Source: a virus
Direction: 5' to 3' (one strand)
DNA length: 64,000 bases
Virus record (IMG/VR): IMGVR_UViG_3300025828_004167
Span: 1-64,000 of that record
Position 1 is the first letter of the stretch, and each line of letters starts with the position of its first letter. The notes beneath the pieces were generated by a model, which saw only the letters and a list, made by a program, of their open reading frames with translations, had not been told where the DNA came from and did not search any database. The position numbers and the translations under genes are program-made. Positions 8,183 through 17,008 of the stretch are shown in pieces.

Positions 8183-9651
8183 CCTAGCACTTTCACTCCG
8201 TACTTGCGGGTGAACGCTCGACCATCCTCACGATCATTCACGATAGGCTGTCCCTTTATGTTGAGGCTGGTGTTTAAGAGTATAGGGCAACCGGTCTGCT
8301 TTTTCCATTCTGTGAGCAGTGCGTGGAATCCGGGATTGTCCGTCTTACGCACGGTTTGAACCCTGGATGTGTGATCATGATGTATTATGGCAGGAAACTC
8401 TTTACCATGCGTACACGCCGCTGTAAATTGCATATAAGGGGTGTTTTTGACGGCTTTAGGTAGCTCAAAATAGTCGTTTACATCCTCTTCTAATATGGCC
8501 GGAGCAAACGGTCTAAACTGCTGTCTCTTCTTGATCGAGTTTACCAAATCCTTGATCTCAGGTCCTCGAGGATCTGCTAACAGTGATCTATTACCAAGCG
8601 CCCTAGGTCCAAATTCCGCCCTGCCGCTCGCAACACCAACCATCTTGTTTTCCTTCAATTCTTTGATCAGACTGTCCACGGGATATTCTCCATCTATGTT
8701 GTGTCCCAGGAACGGATGTTGCCAATTGAGGTGTGACTTCTGGTGTGCGGCTATACACCCTAGGCTTGACCCCGCATCACCAGGATTGGGTATGATCCAG
8801 ATGTTGTCAAACAGTCCCATGTCTGCGAGCACCCGGTTGGCGGCACAGTTCAATGCCACTCCTCCAGCATACACCAGATTACGTGATCCGTATCGGCTGG
8901 CTCTCGTCCATAAATCAGCGAGTAGTTCCTCCGTGACTGCTTGTATACTGGCGGCTATGTCCATGACATCCGCGTTTGTCTCCCAGTCACTCAATCCCCT
9001 GTGTAGATTCTTCTTGAGACTGAAAGGTGATTGATTGACAAATTCATCATAGATTTTCTGCTTGTACTTGGGTGTGCCATACGCGGCCATTCCCATCAGG
9101 ATGTACTCCTCTTCCGCCGGTTTCAATCCACAACGATGTGTGAATGCCGAATAAAGTATTCCTATGCTGTGTGGATACTTGATTGTCTCTTTCCTATCGA
9201 TCCATATCTTGTCTGCTGTGGATATAGACACGGTGTCCCACTCACCAATGGCATCCACTGTAAGTATTGTTGCTCCCTCGTCCTTGAACGGTGATGTGAA
9301 ATACCCCGCCGCCGCGTGTGAGTCATGGTGCTTTACGTACTCGTCAATCTTTATGTCAAAGTGATCCAAGTGCCACTGTGGCATCTCGGTATAGCTCATG
9401 GCAAGTCCATACTGTCCCGCGTAGAACTGCCTGGTCTTTTTCAACAATGGCTTCTCGTAGTACACCACCTTGTCGAAAGGTCCAAAGGTACGTGCCTCGT
9501 CCACTATCTTTTGGTTGAGGTAGTGGTCATTCTTGACCTTGCTGTATCTCTCCGCGTGTGCGGCCCACAGGATCTCTCCTATGCCTGAACTATAGTCAAC
9601 CACTGCCATGGCGGCATCATGATTCATGCAGTTAATTCCCAGTATTCTCAT
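8179..9651 (-). CDS. NodU/CmcH/TobZ family carbamoyltransferase
   Basis: HDAAM, HHDSHAA, DAIGE, MGMAAYG, GGVALNC, EFGPRALGNRS, FRPFAP and LNTSLN motifs. Confidence 0.95.
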   Translation of the reverse strand: MRILGINCMNHDAAMAVVDYSSGIGEILWAAHAERYSKVKNDHYLNQKIVDEARTFGPFDKVVYYEKPLLKKTRQFYAGQYGLAMSYTEMPQWHLDHFDIKIDEYVKHHDSHAAAGYFTSPFKDEGATILTVDAIGEWDTVSISTADKIWIDRKETIKYPHSIGILYSAFTHRCGLKPAEEEYILMGMAAYGTPKYKQKIYDEFVNQSPFSLKKNLHRGLSDWETNADVMDIAASIQAVTEELLADLWTRASRYGSRNLVYAGGVALNCAANRVLADMGLFDNIWIIPNPGDAGSSLGCIAAHQKSHLNWQHPFLGHNIDGEYPVDSLIKELKENKMVGVASGRAEFGPRALGNRSLLADPRGPEIKDLVNSIKKRQQFRPFAPAILEEDVNDYFELPKAVKNTPYMQFTAACTHGKEFPAIIHHDHTSRVQTVRKTDNPGFHALLTEWKKQTGCPILLNTSLNIKGQPIVNDREDGRAFTRKYGVKVLG

Positions 9652-9799
9652 CTTCCTCCTTGTGCCAACCTATGTCCTCTATGTTGTCACTGCTACACTT
9701 CGGACAGACGTACCATTCGTTTGCCGAATCGTCTTTGTCTAGTTCGTTAGCCACGCCCTTCCATTTACAATCGTAACAAAGAAAATTCCACCAGGTCAT
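9632..9799 (-). CDS. small zinc-ribbon protein
   Basis: CYDC...CPKC. Likely start is MTWWNF at 9799 (ATGA overlap) rather than 9844. Confidence 0.65.
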   Translation of the reverse strand: MTWWNFLCYDCKWKGVANELDKDDSANEWYVCPKCSSDNIEDIGWHKEEDENTGN

Positions 9800-10359
9800 G
9801 CTATCCTCAAAACCTTTTTGGTTTTCTCCAAATATTTCTCCCACTGCTCCAGCGTGATGTCGTACTCGAAGTTCTGTGTGGTCTCGTTCTTTCTCAAAAG
9901 TTTGGCGCCATTCTTGATGTGGAACCGTTCCGCCATCTCCGTCAAGGGACTCAGCGTCACCAACCTGTCTATGTGATGTTCCCTCTTGAATTTCTTATAT
10001 ACTTCGTTGAGTATGTGTTTGCCACCACCCTTCTTTTTAGCCCATACTGTGTAGGCTATCGCTATCCTGCCCACCAGGCCGCCACGCAGTATGCTCTGGT
10101 TGTAGGCGTCATGTGACATCAACGCCATCTCCTCTACAGTGGCTGGCACATCATTAGTGAACGCTATACATATGATCGCGGCAGTGTCTCCCTCATCGTC
10201 TCGTAGTCCTAGTATGCGTTTGCCATTGCTCTTGCGGAACTCCACGCTCAGTTCTGGCCTCACTGGATCCTCCGTGACATCTATTTCTGTGAGATCCACC
10301 AATTCAAATCGCGGATTTCTTTTGAACAGATCTTTTAACTTCTGTTTTATCTTTTCCAT
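9796..10359 (-). CDS. hypothetical protein, possible GNAT-like fold
   Basis: DPVRP, AIAYTVWA-KKGGG, LVTLSP and FHIKNGA resemble the acyl-CoA-binding elements of GNAT/malonyl-CoA decarboxylase-like proteins. Confidence 0.55.
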   Translation of the reverse strand: MEKIKQKLKDLFKRNPRFELVDLTEIDVTEDPVRPELSVEFRKSNGKRILGLRDDEGDTAAIICIAFTNDVPATVEEMALMSHDAYNQSILRGGLVGRIAIAYTVWAKKKGGGKHILNEVYKKFKREHHIDRLVTLSPLTEMAERFHIKNGAKLLRKNETTQNFEYDITLEQWEKYLEKTKKVLRIA

Positions 10360-10362
10360 GTG

Positions 10363-10467
10363 CTATTTGTATATGAAAGGATCTTTTTTCTTAAGTTCTT
10401 TTAATCTCTTCCTGTACCGAATCTCTTCTCTGATCTTGTTCCACATTCTCTTAAACCATCTGATCAT
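10363..10467 (-). CDS. 34-aa basic peptide (below the ORF-track cutoff)
   Basis: Hand translation MIRWFKRMWNKIREEIRYRKRLKELKKKDPFIYK; GGAGG SD upstream; fills the gap between two genes. Confidence 0.65.
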   Translation of the reverse strand: MIRWFKRMWNKIREEIRYRKRLKELKKKDPFIYK

Positions 10468-11272
10468 TTTTTCCTCCTGTTATTTTTTCAAAAGTTGGTA
10501 ACATTAATTTTACAGCATCCGCATGCGCTTGGTCAAGTGGATGTGTGGTGCCACGTGGGTAGTCATTGAGCAGTGCCCATTGGTTGAAACCCATATAACG
10601 TTCTCCAAAAAAGAACCATTTGGTAAAATCTATCTCAGAATAGAGTGCTTTCATGAAGGGGTCCTGATCTTTGTGTGGTGTCAGTTCGTTATAGAAAAGG
10701 CTGTTATCTGCCAGTGTGAACATGAATGGTATTTTTTTCTTTTCCAATATGTTCTGCAACCATATGATAGATTTCCAACTGAGGTATATCTCGTGGTATT
10801 GGTTTGCCGCATATTTGTAAATGCTTTCGGCGAAATCCCTCACTCCAGTTTCACGGAAAAGTTCTTTCCTCACACGCCACTGTTCTTGTTGTGTCTCCGA
10901 ACTATGCATGGTCCTGAACGCCTCTTCGTTGCCTGCGTTTGTGTCCCATGGTGATATCGATGCCCATCTAGTATCTTCTAATACCTTGTGCCTGGGCATG
11001 GCCCAGTCGTACCTAGACAGAAAACTCCACATCACGACTACACAATCTATACGGTCATTGTTAGCAACAGCATTGAAAGTCCTTCTCGCTATAGCAGAAT
11101 TACCTAATCCGCCAAAAGCGGAGCACAGATACACAGTATCATCGTCGTCCCTAGAAGTTTTGAATAACCTGTGTGCCCATGAGTTCTTTGATGGAGTCTT
11201 GCCGTCCTGATCGTCGCTGAGCTCGTTGCCCAATGTAAAACTGCATCCTCCCGCTATAAATTTCTTAGTCAT
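10451..11272 (-). CDS. SGNH/GDSL-like hydrolase or acyltransferase
   Basis: N-terminal AGGCSFTLG (GxS block I), GGLGN, VVMWS and C-terminal THP...H; paralog of 19972..20715. Confidence 0.5.
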   Translation of the reverse strand: MTKKFIAGGCSFTLGNELSDDQDGKTPSKNSWAHRLFKTSRDDDDTVYLCSAFGGLGNSAIARRTFNAVANNDRIDCVVVMWSFLSRYDWAMPRHKVLEDTRWASISPWDTNAGNEEAFRTMHSSETQQEQWRVRKELFRETGVRDFAESIYKYAANQYHEIYLSWKSIIWLQNILEKKKIPFMFTLADNSLFYNELTPHKDQDPFMKALYSEIDFTKWFFFGERYMGFNQWALLNDYPRGTTHPLDQAHADAVKLMLPTFEKITGGKNDQMV

Positions 11273-12431
11273 ATATCTTCAACACTGTATTTAAAAGTGG
11301 GAACACCTCTCCAAAATTTTCCTTCCTGTACTGGTCCGTCTGTAGTATACGCTGTTTCCTCTGTTCTCTGATCTCGGCTGTGTCCCTGTCCGCGGCGTTC
11401 ATGAAACGTATGCTGGGTTGATAATCTGTGAGCATGTGGTACCTGTCCGTCACTATGTCCTTGATCTGCCGTGGCAGTGTCTGTATGTTGAACACGTCTG
11501 GATCAAAACAGGTGTTCACATAGAAGAACTTGGGCTGATACTGTGCCACCCACAGGGCGATCTTAGCCCAGTTGAACACGTTGAATATCGAGACCGTTGA
11601 ACATATCTGGAAGTCCATGTTCGCAGTCTTCATCTCCTTGAACTTCACAAGGTTGGCGCTGACCTCACGCCAGTTTGCCGGGTGCCTTTGGTACTCAAAT
11701 GGTTCTCCCACGTCGTCTATGCTGAACGCTATTTCTACATGCTTGAAGTAACCCCATAGGTCGAATATGTCCTTGGGTGGTAACTGTGTGCCGTTGGTGT
11801 TGTAGTGTATGTCTATGTTCTTGGCGTAGCCCTTCTCCACACAGTACATCAAGATCTTGAAGTGATCTCGAATCATGAACGGCTCGCCTCCCGTGAACTC
11901 GAAGTACTCCACATGCTTGAGATCTTCCTTGAGGTCCTCGAAGAACTGTGGGTTACGTTTTGGCCATCCACCCTCACGCAGATTTTTCAGTGCCACAGGG
12001 TTCTTTCCGTAGTCCAGTTCCTCTTGTGCCCATTTGCTGGAACTCCAGGAACCGCATATCCTACACTTTAGATTGCAAACGTTGCCTAACTTAAAGTCAA
12101 TGAATTTCAACATTGGCTCGCTATTAGGTGTCCAGTCCGTCAAGCTCTTCTTCATCTTGTATATAGAGTTTTGTCTTTTACTCGTTTTTCCTGCGTCTTC
12201 TTCTTGCCAGCAACTCTGACAACCTACAGGACGTTCTCCTTTACGGAACTGCTCACGTAAATTTTGCATGTATCCAGTATCCTGTATTGATTTGAGGCTT
12301 TGTTTGTAAACTTTGACCTCTGGAACACTACCCTTGTAGAGACAGCAGGGAGATGCACCGCCGTTAACGTCTACTTCTAAGTGGGTCCATGGCAAGGGAC
12401 AAATGTTTGATTTTATATATTTGTCCACCAT
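11265..12431 (-). CDS. radical SAM protein with N-terminal twitch/SPASM domain
   Basis: CPLPW...PCC...CQSCW then CNLKCRIC, GGEP, YNTN. Confidence 0.88.
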   Translation of the reverse strand: MVDKYIKSNICPLPWTHLEVDVNGGASPCCLYKGSVPEVKVYKQSLKSIQDTGYMQNLREQFRKGERPVGCQSCWQEEDAGKTSKRQNSIYKMKKSLTDWTPNSEPMLKFIDFKLGNVCNLKCRICGSWSSSKWAQEELDYGKNPVALKNLREGGWPKRNPQFFEDLKEDLKHVEYFEFTGGEPFMIRDHFKILMYCVEKGYAKNIDIHYNTNGTQLPPKDIFDLWGYFKHVEIAFSIDDVGEPFEYQRHPANWREVSANLVKFKEMKTANMDFQICSTVSIFNVFNWAKIALWVAQYQPKFFYVNTCFDPDVFNIQTLPRQIKDIVTDRYHMLTDYQPSIRFMNAADRDTAEIREQRKQRILQTDQYRKENFGEVFPLLNTVLKIYD

Positions 12432-13732
12432 TCTAGAATTTCCTTGTCTTTGGCTAATATTTTTTTAATGTCAGTTGCCCTCACCCGGTCAAGCCTTTCT
12501 ACTGTTTCTTTTCCTGCTACCAACCCCTCTTTATACTTGTCATGGCCATATGTCTCCTCATATGTTGGTTTTTCCTTTAAATCTTTTAGAGCACTGAAAA
12601 AGTAAATGTGATTTTTAAGTCTTGACTTGTTCTTTTCTAAAAATTCATCCACGATTCTGTTGAGTATTTTACGTGGCAGGCACATCGGAGACCATATGTT
12701 AGTTGGATCAAAACCAAACACCCTTTTGGCCAGAAGATCAATGTCAAGCTCTTCAGCGGCGTCTAACATTTCCTGTAGACCTACCATACCCGGCATTGTC
12801 ATTGTGAGATCCATCCTCAGGTCACGCCTTGTCTTTGTGAACTTCCTTGCGTACTTCATGTTCGCCACCCACTCTTGCCATTTCAATCCTGTACGCACAT
12901 ACTCACCCACTTCGCCTGCACCGTCTATACTGGCAAGTATGCTCCAGTGTTTGAATTTACTCAGGATGTCATCGAACAGATTCATTCCAAAGAAATTGAT
13001 CCTACTCATATTGGAGTTGTACCTGATGCTGACACTGTCATGGTAGTCCAACTCAATTATCCTTTTCATCGACTCCCAATGTATTTTCCACATGAGTGGC
13101 TCTCCTCCACACCAGTAAATCTCTTTGATTGTCTTCGATTCTACAGCATCCTTGAACTCGTGTACAATGACTTTGTCATGGAAACTGTCTATTTCCGCCT
13201 TTATGTCTTTCCGCATCCACATCTGCGAGGGCTTGTTTGGATCCCATTCGCCTGTATCTCTGTTCTCCGCCTCCCAACTAGAGCTTAACATGTCTCCACA
13301 CATCCTACACTTGAAGTTGCAGAGGTTATTGAACCTGTAGTCCCAACTAGTTACTTTCATGTCAGTGTGTCCATCATCTCCTGTCTTTTCATAGGCTTCA
13401 TCAATCTGGGATTCAAACAACTTGTTGAAATGAGTCCTGTATGTTGCGACAGACAACAGTTTGCCATTACACACCTGGCACTGCGGTATCTCCTTGCCTT
13501 GCATAAGATCTACCCTGACCTTCTTCATGTAATCGCTATTCCAATGTTCATCCAGTGTATCTGGAGAGAAAGGCTGTGACTTTTTGTTTAGGTCGATGTA
13601 CTGGTTGAATGTTTTAGAATCCTCACGTGAACTGCAACACAGTCTACGCTCCATCTGTGGCGAAAGATATGTATGTGTCCATGGAGCCATACAAAAAGTT
13701 TTATTGCCTTCGCTGGGTTTAATTCTCTTCAT
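12413..13732 (-). CDS. radical SAM protein with N-terminal twitch/SPASM domain
   Basis: CMAPW...LCC...CQVC then CNFKCRMC, GGEP, YNSN, SIDG. Confidence 0.88.
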   Translation of the reverse strand: MKRIKPSEGNKTFCMAPWTHTYLSPQMERRLCCSSREDSKTFNQYIDLNKKSQPFSPDTLDEHWNSDYMKKVRVDLMQGKEIPQCQVCNGKLLSVATYRTHFNKLFESQIDEAYEKTGDDGHTDMKVTSWDYRFNNLCNFKCRMCGDMLSSSWEAENRDTGEWDPNKPSQMWMRKDIKAEIDSFHDKVIVHEFKDAVESKTIKEIYWCGGEPLMWKIHWESMKRIIELDYHDSVSIRYNSNMSRINFFGMNLFDDILSKFKHWSILASIDGAGEVGEYVRTGLKWQEWVANMKYARKFTKTRRDLRMDLTMTMPGMVGLQEMLDAAEELDIDLLAKRVFGFDPTNIWSPMCLPRKILNRIVDEFLEKNKSRLKNHIYFFSALKDLKEKPTYEETYGHDKYKEGLVAGKETVERLDRVRATDIKKILAKDKEILEWWTNI

Positions 13733-15002
13733 ACAACTCCATCAGTTCTGGGAACACTTCTAACATATTTTCATCTCTAATCGAGTCAAGTTTTTTCATT
13801 GTATCCTTAAACTGCTGTATATCCTTGCTATTATCACGTCTCATCATGTAATCCATTCCTGACTCGTACCCCTTAGTTGCTCTAGTGAGATGATCTAACG
13901 GACGTAACCATTCTAAATGTTTTTCATATTTCTCTTTTACTTTCTGCTTGTAAGATTCCGGCAACAGGTCTATCCTCTGCGCATATGGAAACTGTAAAAG
14001 ATTGAAGTTAAAGTCCTGTGGTTTCAAAAGACCTTGGTCTACCCAATTTCTGTGGAAATCTGGTATGTGTAGTGCATTAATCAGACCCACTGTTGAACTA
14101 ATGTAGAAATCAACTTGTGGACATACCTCTAACATCCTTTTCCTGTTTGCTACCACATCCTCCCAAACAGTACCTTTACGCATCAGTTCTCCTCTTTTGC
14201 CTTCGGCATCTAAACTAGCACCAATCGACACTGAATCAAACTTGTTCCATAATTCAAGAACATCTATATCCTTATATTTGGTCTTTGTGAAATTGGTGTT
14301 GTATATCAGTCTTACATGGTACATCTTGCGCCTATCCAATTCTTTGAGTATCCTGTAGTGTTCCTCCATGATGATCGGTTCGCCGCCAGCAAAATAAAAC
14401 TGCTCTACATGATCAAACTGTTCCAGCATCTGGGTCCAGATGTCGTCACTACTTCTGCCCACCCTCATAATCTTTGCATGATTAGGCGGAGCGCCTGTAA
14501 GTTTCTTGTGATCCTCGTACCAGTTAGAACTGAACCATGTGCCACAACTCCTACACGCAAGATTACAGAGATTGCTGAACCTGATGTCCCAGTACTTGAT
14601 CATGAAGTCGGCCGTGCCGTCTGGTTGTGTGTTGTCCACCATGCCTATGTTGTGTCCGAAATGCTTGTTAGAACTCAATCTCAGACTGAAGAATCCCGAC
14701 TTCTCCTGATCATAGCATTTTGTACAGTGTTTGCTGGGTTTGTTTGCCAGCATGTTATTCCTGATGCCTTTCATCTCGTTGTTGTTGAAAACTTCCGCCA
14801 TTGAATTCTGGTTGAGGTCACCCACTGGATACTTGTCCAACGCGAAACAGCAAGGATACGCCCTGCCGTCTGGAAAGGCGTGTATATGCAACCATGGCAT
14901 CATACAGAAAGTGTCGCTGTCTATCAACAGTTCTTTCTGTCGATCAGTCATGTCCTTGATTTTTAATTTCTCGGGCTCCTTGGCCCCGTAATCATATGCC
15001 AC
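13719..15002 (-). CDS. radical SAM protein with N-terminal twitch/SPASM domain
   Basis: CMMPW...PCC...CTKC then CNLACRSC, GGEP, YNTN. Confidence 0.88.
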   Translation of the reverse strand: MAYDYGAKEPEKLKIKDMTDRQKELLIDSDTFCMMPWLHIHAFPDGRAYPCCFALDKYPVGDLNQNSMAEVFNNNEMKGIRNNMLANKPSKHCTKCYDQEKSGFFSLRLSSNKHFGHNIGMVDNTQPDGTADFMIKYWDIRFSNLCNLACRSCGTWFSSNWYEDHKKLTGAPPNHAKIMRVGRSSDDIWTQMLEQFDHVEQFYFAGGEPIIMEEHYRILKELDRRKMYHVRLIYNTNFTKTKYKDIDVLELWNKFDSVSIGASLDAEGKRGELMRKGTVWEDVVANRKRMLEVCPQVDFYISSTVGLINALHIPDFHRNWVDQGLLKPQDFNFNLLQFPYAQRIDLLPESYKQKVKEKYEKHLEWLRPLDHLTRATKGYESGMDYMMRRDNSKDIQQFKDTMKKLDSIRDENMLEVFPELMELYEEN

Positions 15003-16347
15003 GATACCATTCTCCTATGATCGGGAAAGTCTTTTCAAAATTTTTTCCTCTTCTTTTATCATATTGCACAAAGTAATTTTTGAACCATTTAACCACTTTG
15101 TCTCTATCCTTAATTTGATTAGATTCATTCTTAAGATACTCTATCAGTCTTTCTACTTGTTCCACCTCCATGGCATGAAGCAAGTGTGAATTTCTATTTT
15201 GCGAAAGCCAGTTAGTCAGCTCATCTGCAAATCTTTGTCTCAATTCATGTGGAAGTATCAAACAACTTTGAAAATTTGGAAACCTCAGAATATTTAAAGT
15301 GAATGTGACCGCATCACTACTGTTGGCTTTTTGTTTTATTTCCAAACACCAATCTAAGTAGTCCACTAAACCTTCAAGAGACAATGCGCCAATTGTACAC
15401 ATAGAATGCATTGAGCTGAAAGACTTTGATTCAGCAATCTTGTTGAAATTTTTGACCCACATATTCCAATTCAATCCATCCCTGATGTACTCTGCTTTCT
15501 CTCCCATTGATTCGTTACTGCTATAAATGTGAAGTCCTCGGATAGTCTTTGCCTTTTGTATCAATTTTTCTATGAGTGATTCTTTACTATTTAAATTGGT
15601 GTTGATTGCGAAATAGGAAACGTTCGAATCACCCAACGCCATGAGGTCCAACAACTTCCATGTGTGTTTGCTCATTAAAGGTTCGCCCCCTGTGAGTCTT
15701 AGATGCGTTAGTGTGCGTTTTAGATCTGACTCCCACCATTTGAAGAAGGCCTTTACGTAAGGATTATTGTCCTCATCAAACCTACTAGCGTTGTCATGAG
15801 GATGGCCGTAATGATCATGACCGTTTGGTCCTATGTCTGTATAACCTTTGTTAGTTTTGATGTCCTTTGCCCAAGTGGTGGAAAATGCGGGGTTACAATA
15901 ACTACAAGCAAAATTACAAGTTCTGTCAAAGCTCAATTCCAAGTATCTAAGATCAAAGTCATCCTCCGGATCAGATTCAAATGCTTTTTGTAACTCGTCG
16001 TCTGTGTACAACACAGACTTGTAAACCCTATCGCTTATTTTGTCTGCGTTGAGGTTTTCAACACGCCAGCAATAATCACAACCGTTACACTGGATTCCTT
16101 TCTGCATCTCTGCACGTTCCTTTTTCTTTTGCGGGGTGTTGCTCAGCAGTTTTGGATTTTGTAACACTGCTTCAGCGTCTACCTGGTGTGGCAATGGATG
16201 GTGACACGCCGTTGTCTGTCCTGTATTCAACCAAACCGTGGCGTAATACCATTTGGCTCCACAGAAGGAATTGCTTTTTGTGTCTAGCACTCTTTCTTTA
16301 TACTGAGAAAAACTTTCTCCAGGCAATAAATGTTGATCACTACTCAT
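14992..16347 (-). CDS. radical SAM protein with N-terminal twitch/SPASM domain
   Basis: CGAKW...CHHP...CDYCW then CNFACSYC, GGEP; closest in motif pattern to 20708..22078. Confidence 0.88.
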   Translation of the reverse strand: MSSDQHLLPGESFSQYKERVLDTKSNSFCGAKWYYATVWLNTGQTTACHHPLPHQVDAEAVLQNPKLLSNTPQKKKERAEMQKGIQCNGCDYCWRVENLNADKISDRVYKSVLYTDDELQKAFESDPEDDFDLRYLELSFDRTCNFACSYCNPAFSTTWAKDIKTNKGYTDIGPNGHDHYGHPHDNASRFDEDNNPYVKAFFKWWESDLKRTLTHLRLTGGEPLMSKHTWKLLDLMALGDSNVSYFAINTNLNSKESLIEKLIQKAKTIRGLHIYSSNESMGEKAEYIRDGLNWNMWVKNFNKIAESKSFSSMHSMCTIGALSLEGLVDYLDWCLEIKQKANSSDAVTFTLNILRFPNFQSCLILPHELRQRFADELTNWLSQNRNSHLLHAMEVEQVERLIEYLKNESNQIKDRDKVVKWFKNYFVQYDKRRGKNFEKTFPIIGEWYRGI

Positions 16348-16975
16348 TTGTCAAAAAAACTATTGCCTTTCTTTTTGATCCTGGCGGAAACCATGCACTG
16401 GCATGTAGGTTGACTCGGGGCCAATGTATCGCAGAGCCTACCTCCCAATGCAGAACCTTTTTGAGATTGAAGGGCAGACTGTCTGCCTTTAGATGCGGTA
16501 ACCATTTTTCTTGATCTTGCTTTGACATCGTCGAATTGGATCTAGGTAGATCTACCTGTTCGTAACTTAGTATACCTTTCTGTCCTAGTCCTGTCGCTCC
16601 ATTGTAGGTGATGGCCTTTTCACTCGTTTCTTCAAAAATCAAAGTGGCGTTTTCGCTGTATTCTGATTCCAAAGGTATCAAAAAAGTATAACCTAGTTTG
16701 CCTTTCTCTGGGGTGCTTACCCAGCCATCCGAATGGATGCCACCGGGATGATAATCACTGTATATAGTTGCGTGTGTGATCCAACCAGAATAGTGTGGTT
16801 TTAGAAACTCCTCTAACTTTTGTCTGAACATTTTGCTAAAATCTTGCTCAACAAAAGTATTTGCATTGATTCTCAGCCCATTATCTTTTTTAGGTAGAGA
16901 ACCGAACTTTTCTAAAAGTTCTTGGACCATGTACGAAGGGAAAAAATTATCTATTTTGCCTATTTTATTTTTCAT
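16340..16975 (-). CDS. 2OG-Fe(II) oxygenase-like protein
   Basis: IHSD (HxD), FLIPL and a distal LH-ASA facial triad pattern; resembles 27761..28645. Confidence 0.55.
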   Translation of the reverse strand: MKNKIGKIDNFFPSYMVQELLEKFGSLPKKDNGLRINANTFVEQDFSKMFRQKLEEFLKPHYSGWITHATIYSDYHPGGIHSDGWVSTPEKGKLGYTFLIPLESEYSENATLIFEETSEKAITYNGATGLGQKGILSYEQVDLPRSNSTMSKQDQEKWLPHLKADSLPFNLKKVLHWEVGSAIHWPRVNLHASAWFPPGSKRKAIVFLTNE

Positions 16976-16987
16976 TGTTGTGTGCTA

Positions 16988-16997
16988 TATTTAAATA
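16988..16997. promoter_or_regulatory. palindromic TATTTAAATA, a candidate bidirectional late promoter
   Basis: Perfect palindrome giving TAAATA on both strands inside the 33-bp divergent gap 16976-17008. Confidence 0.5.
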
Positions 16998-17008
16998 CCA
17001 TATAAATC

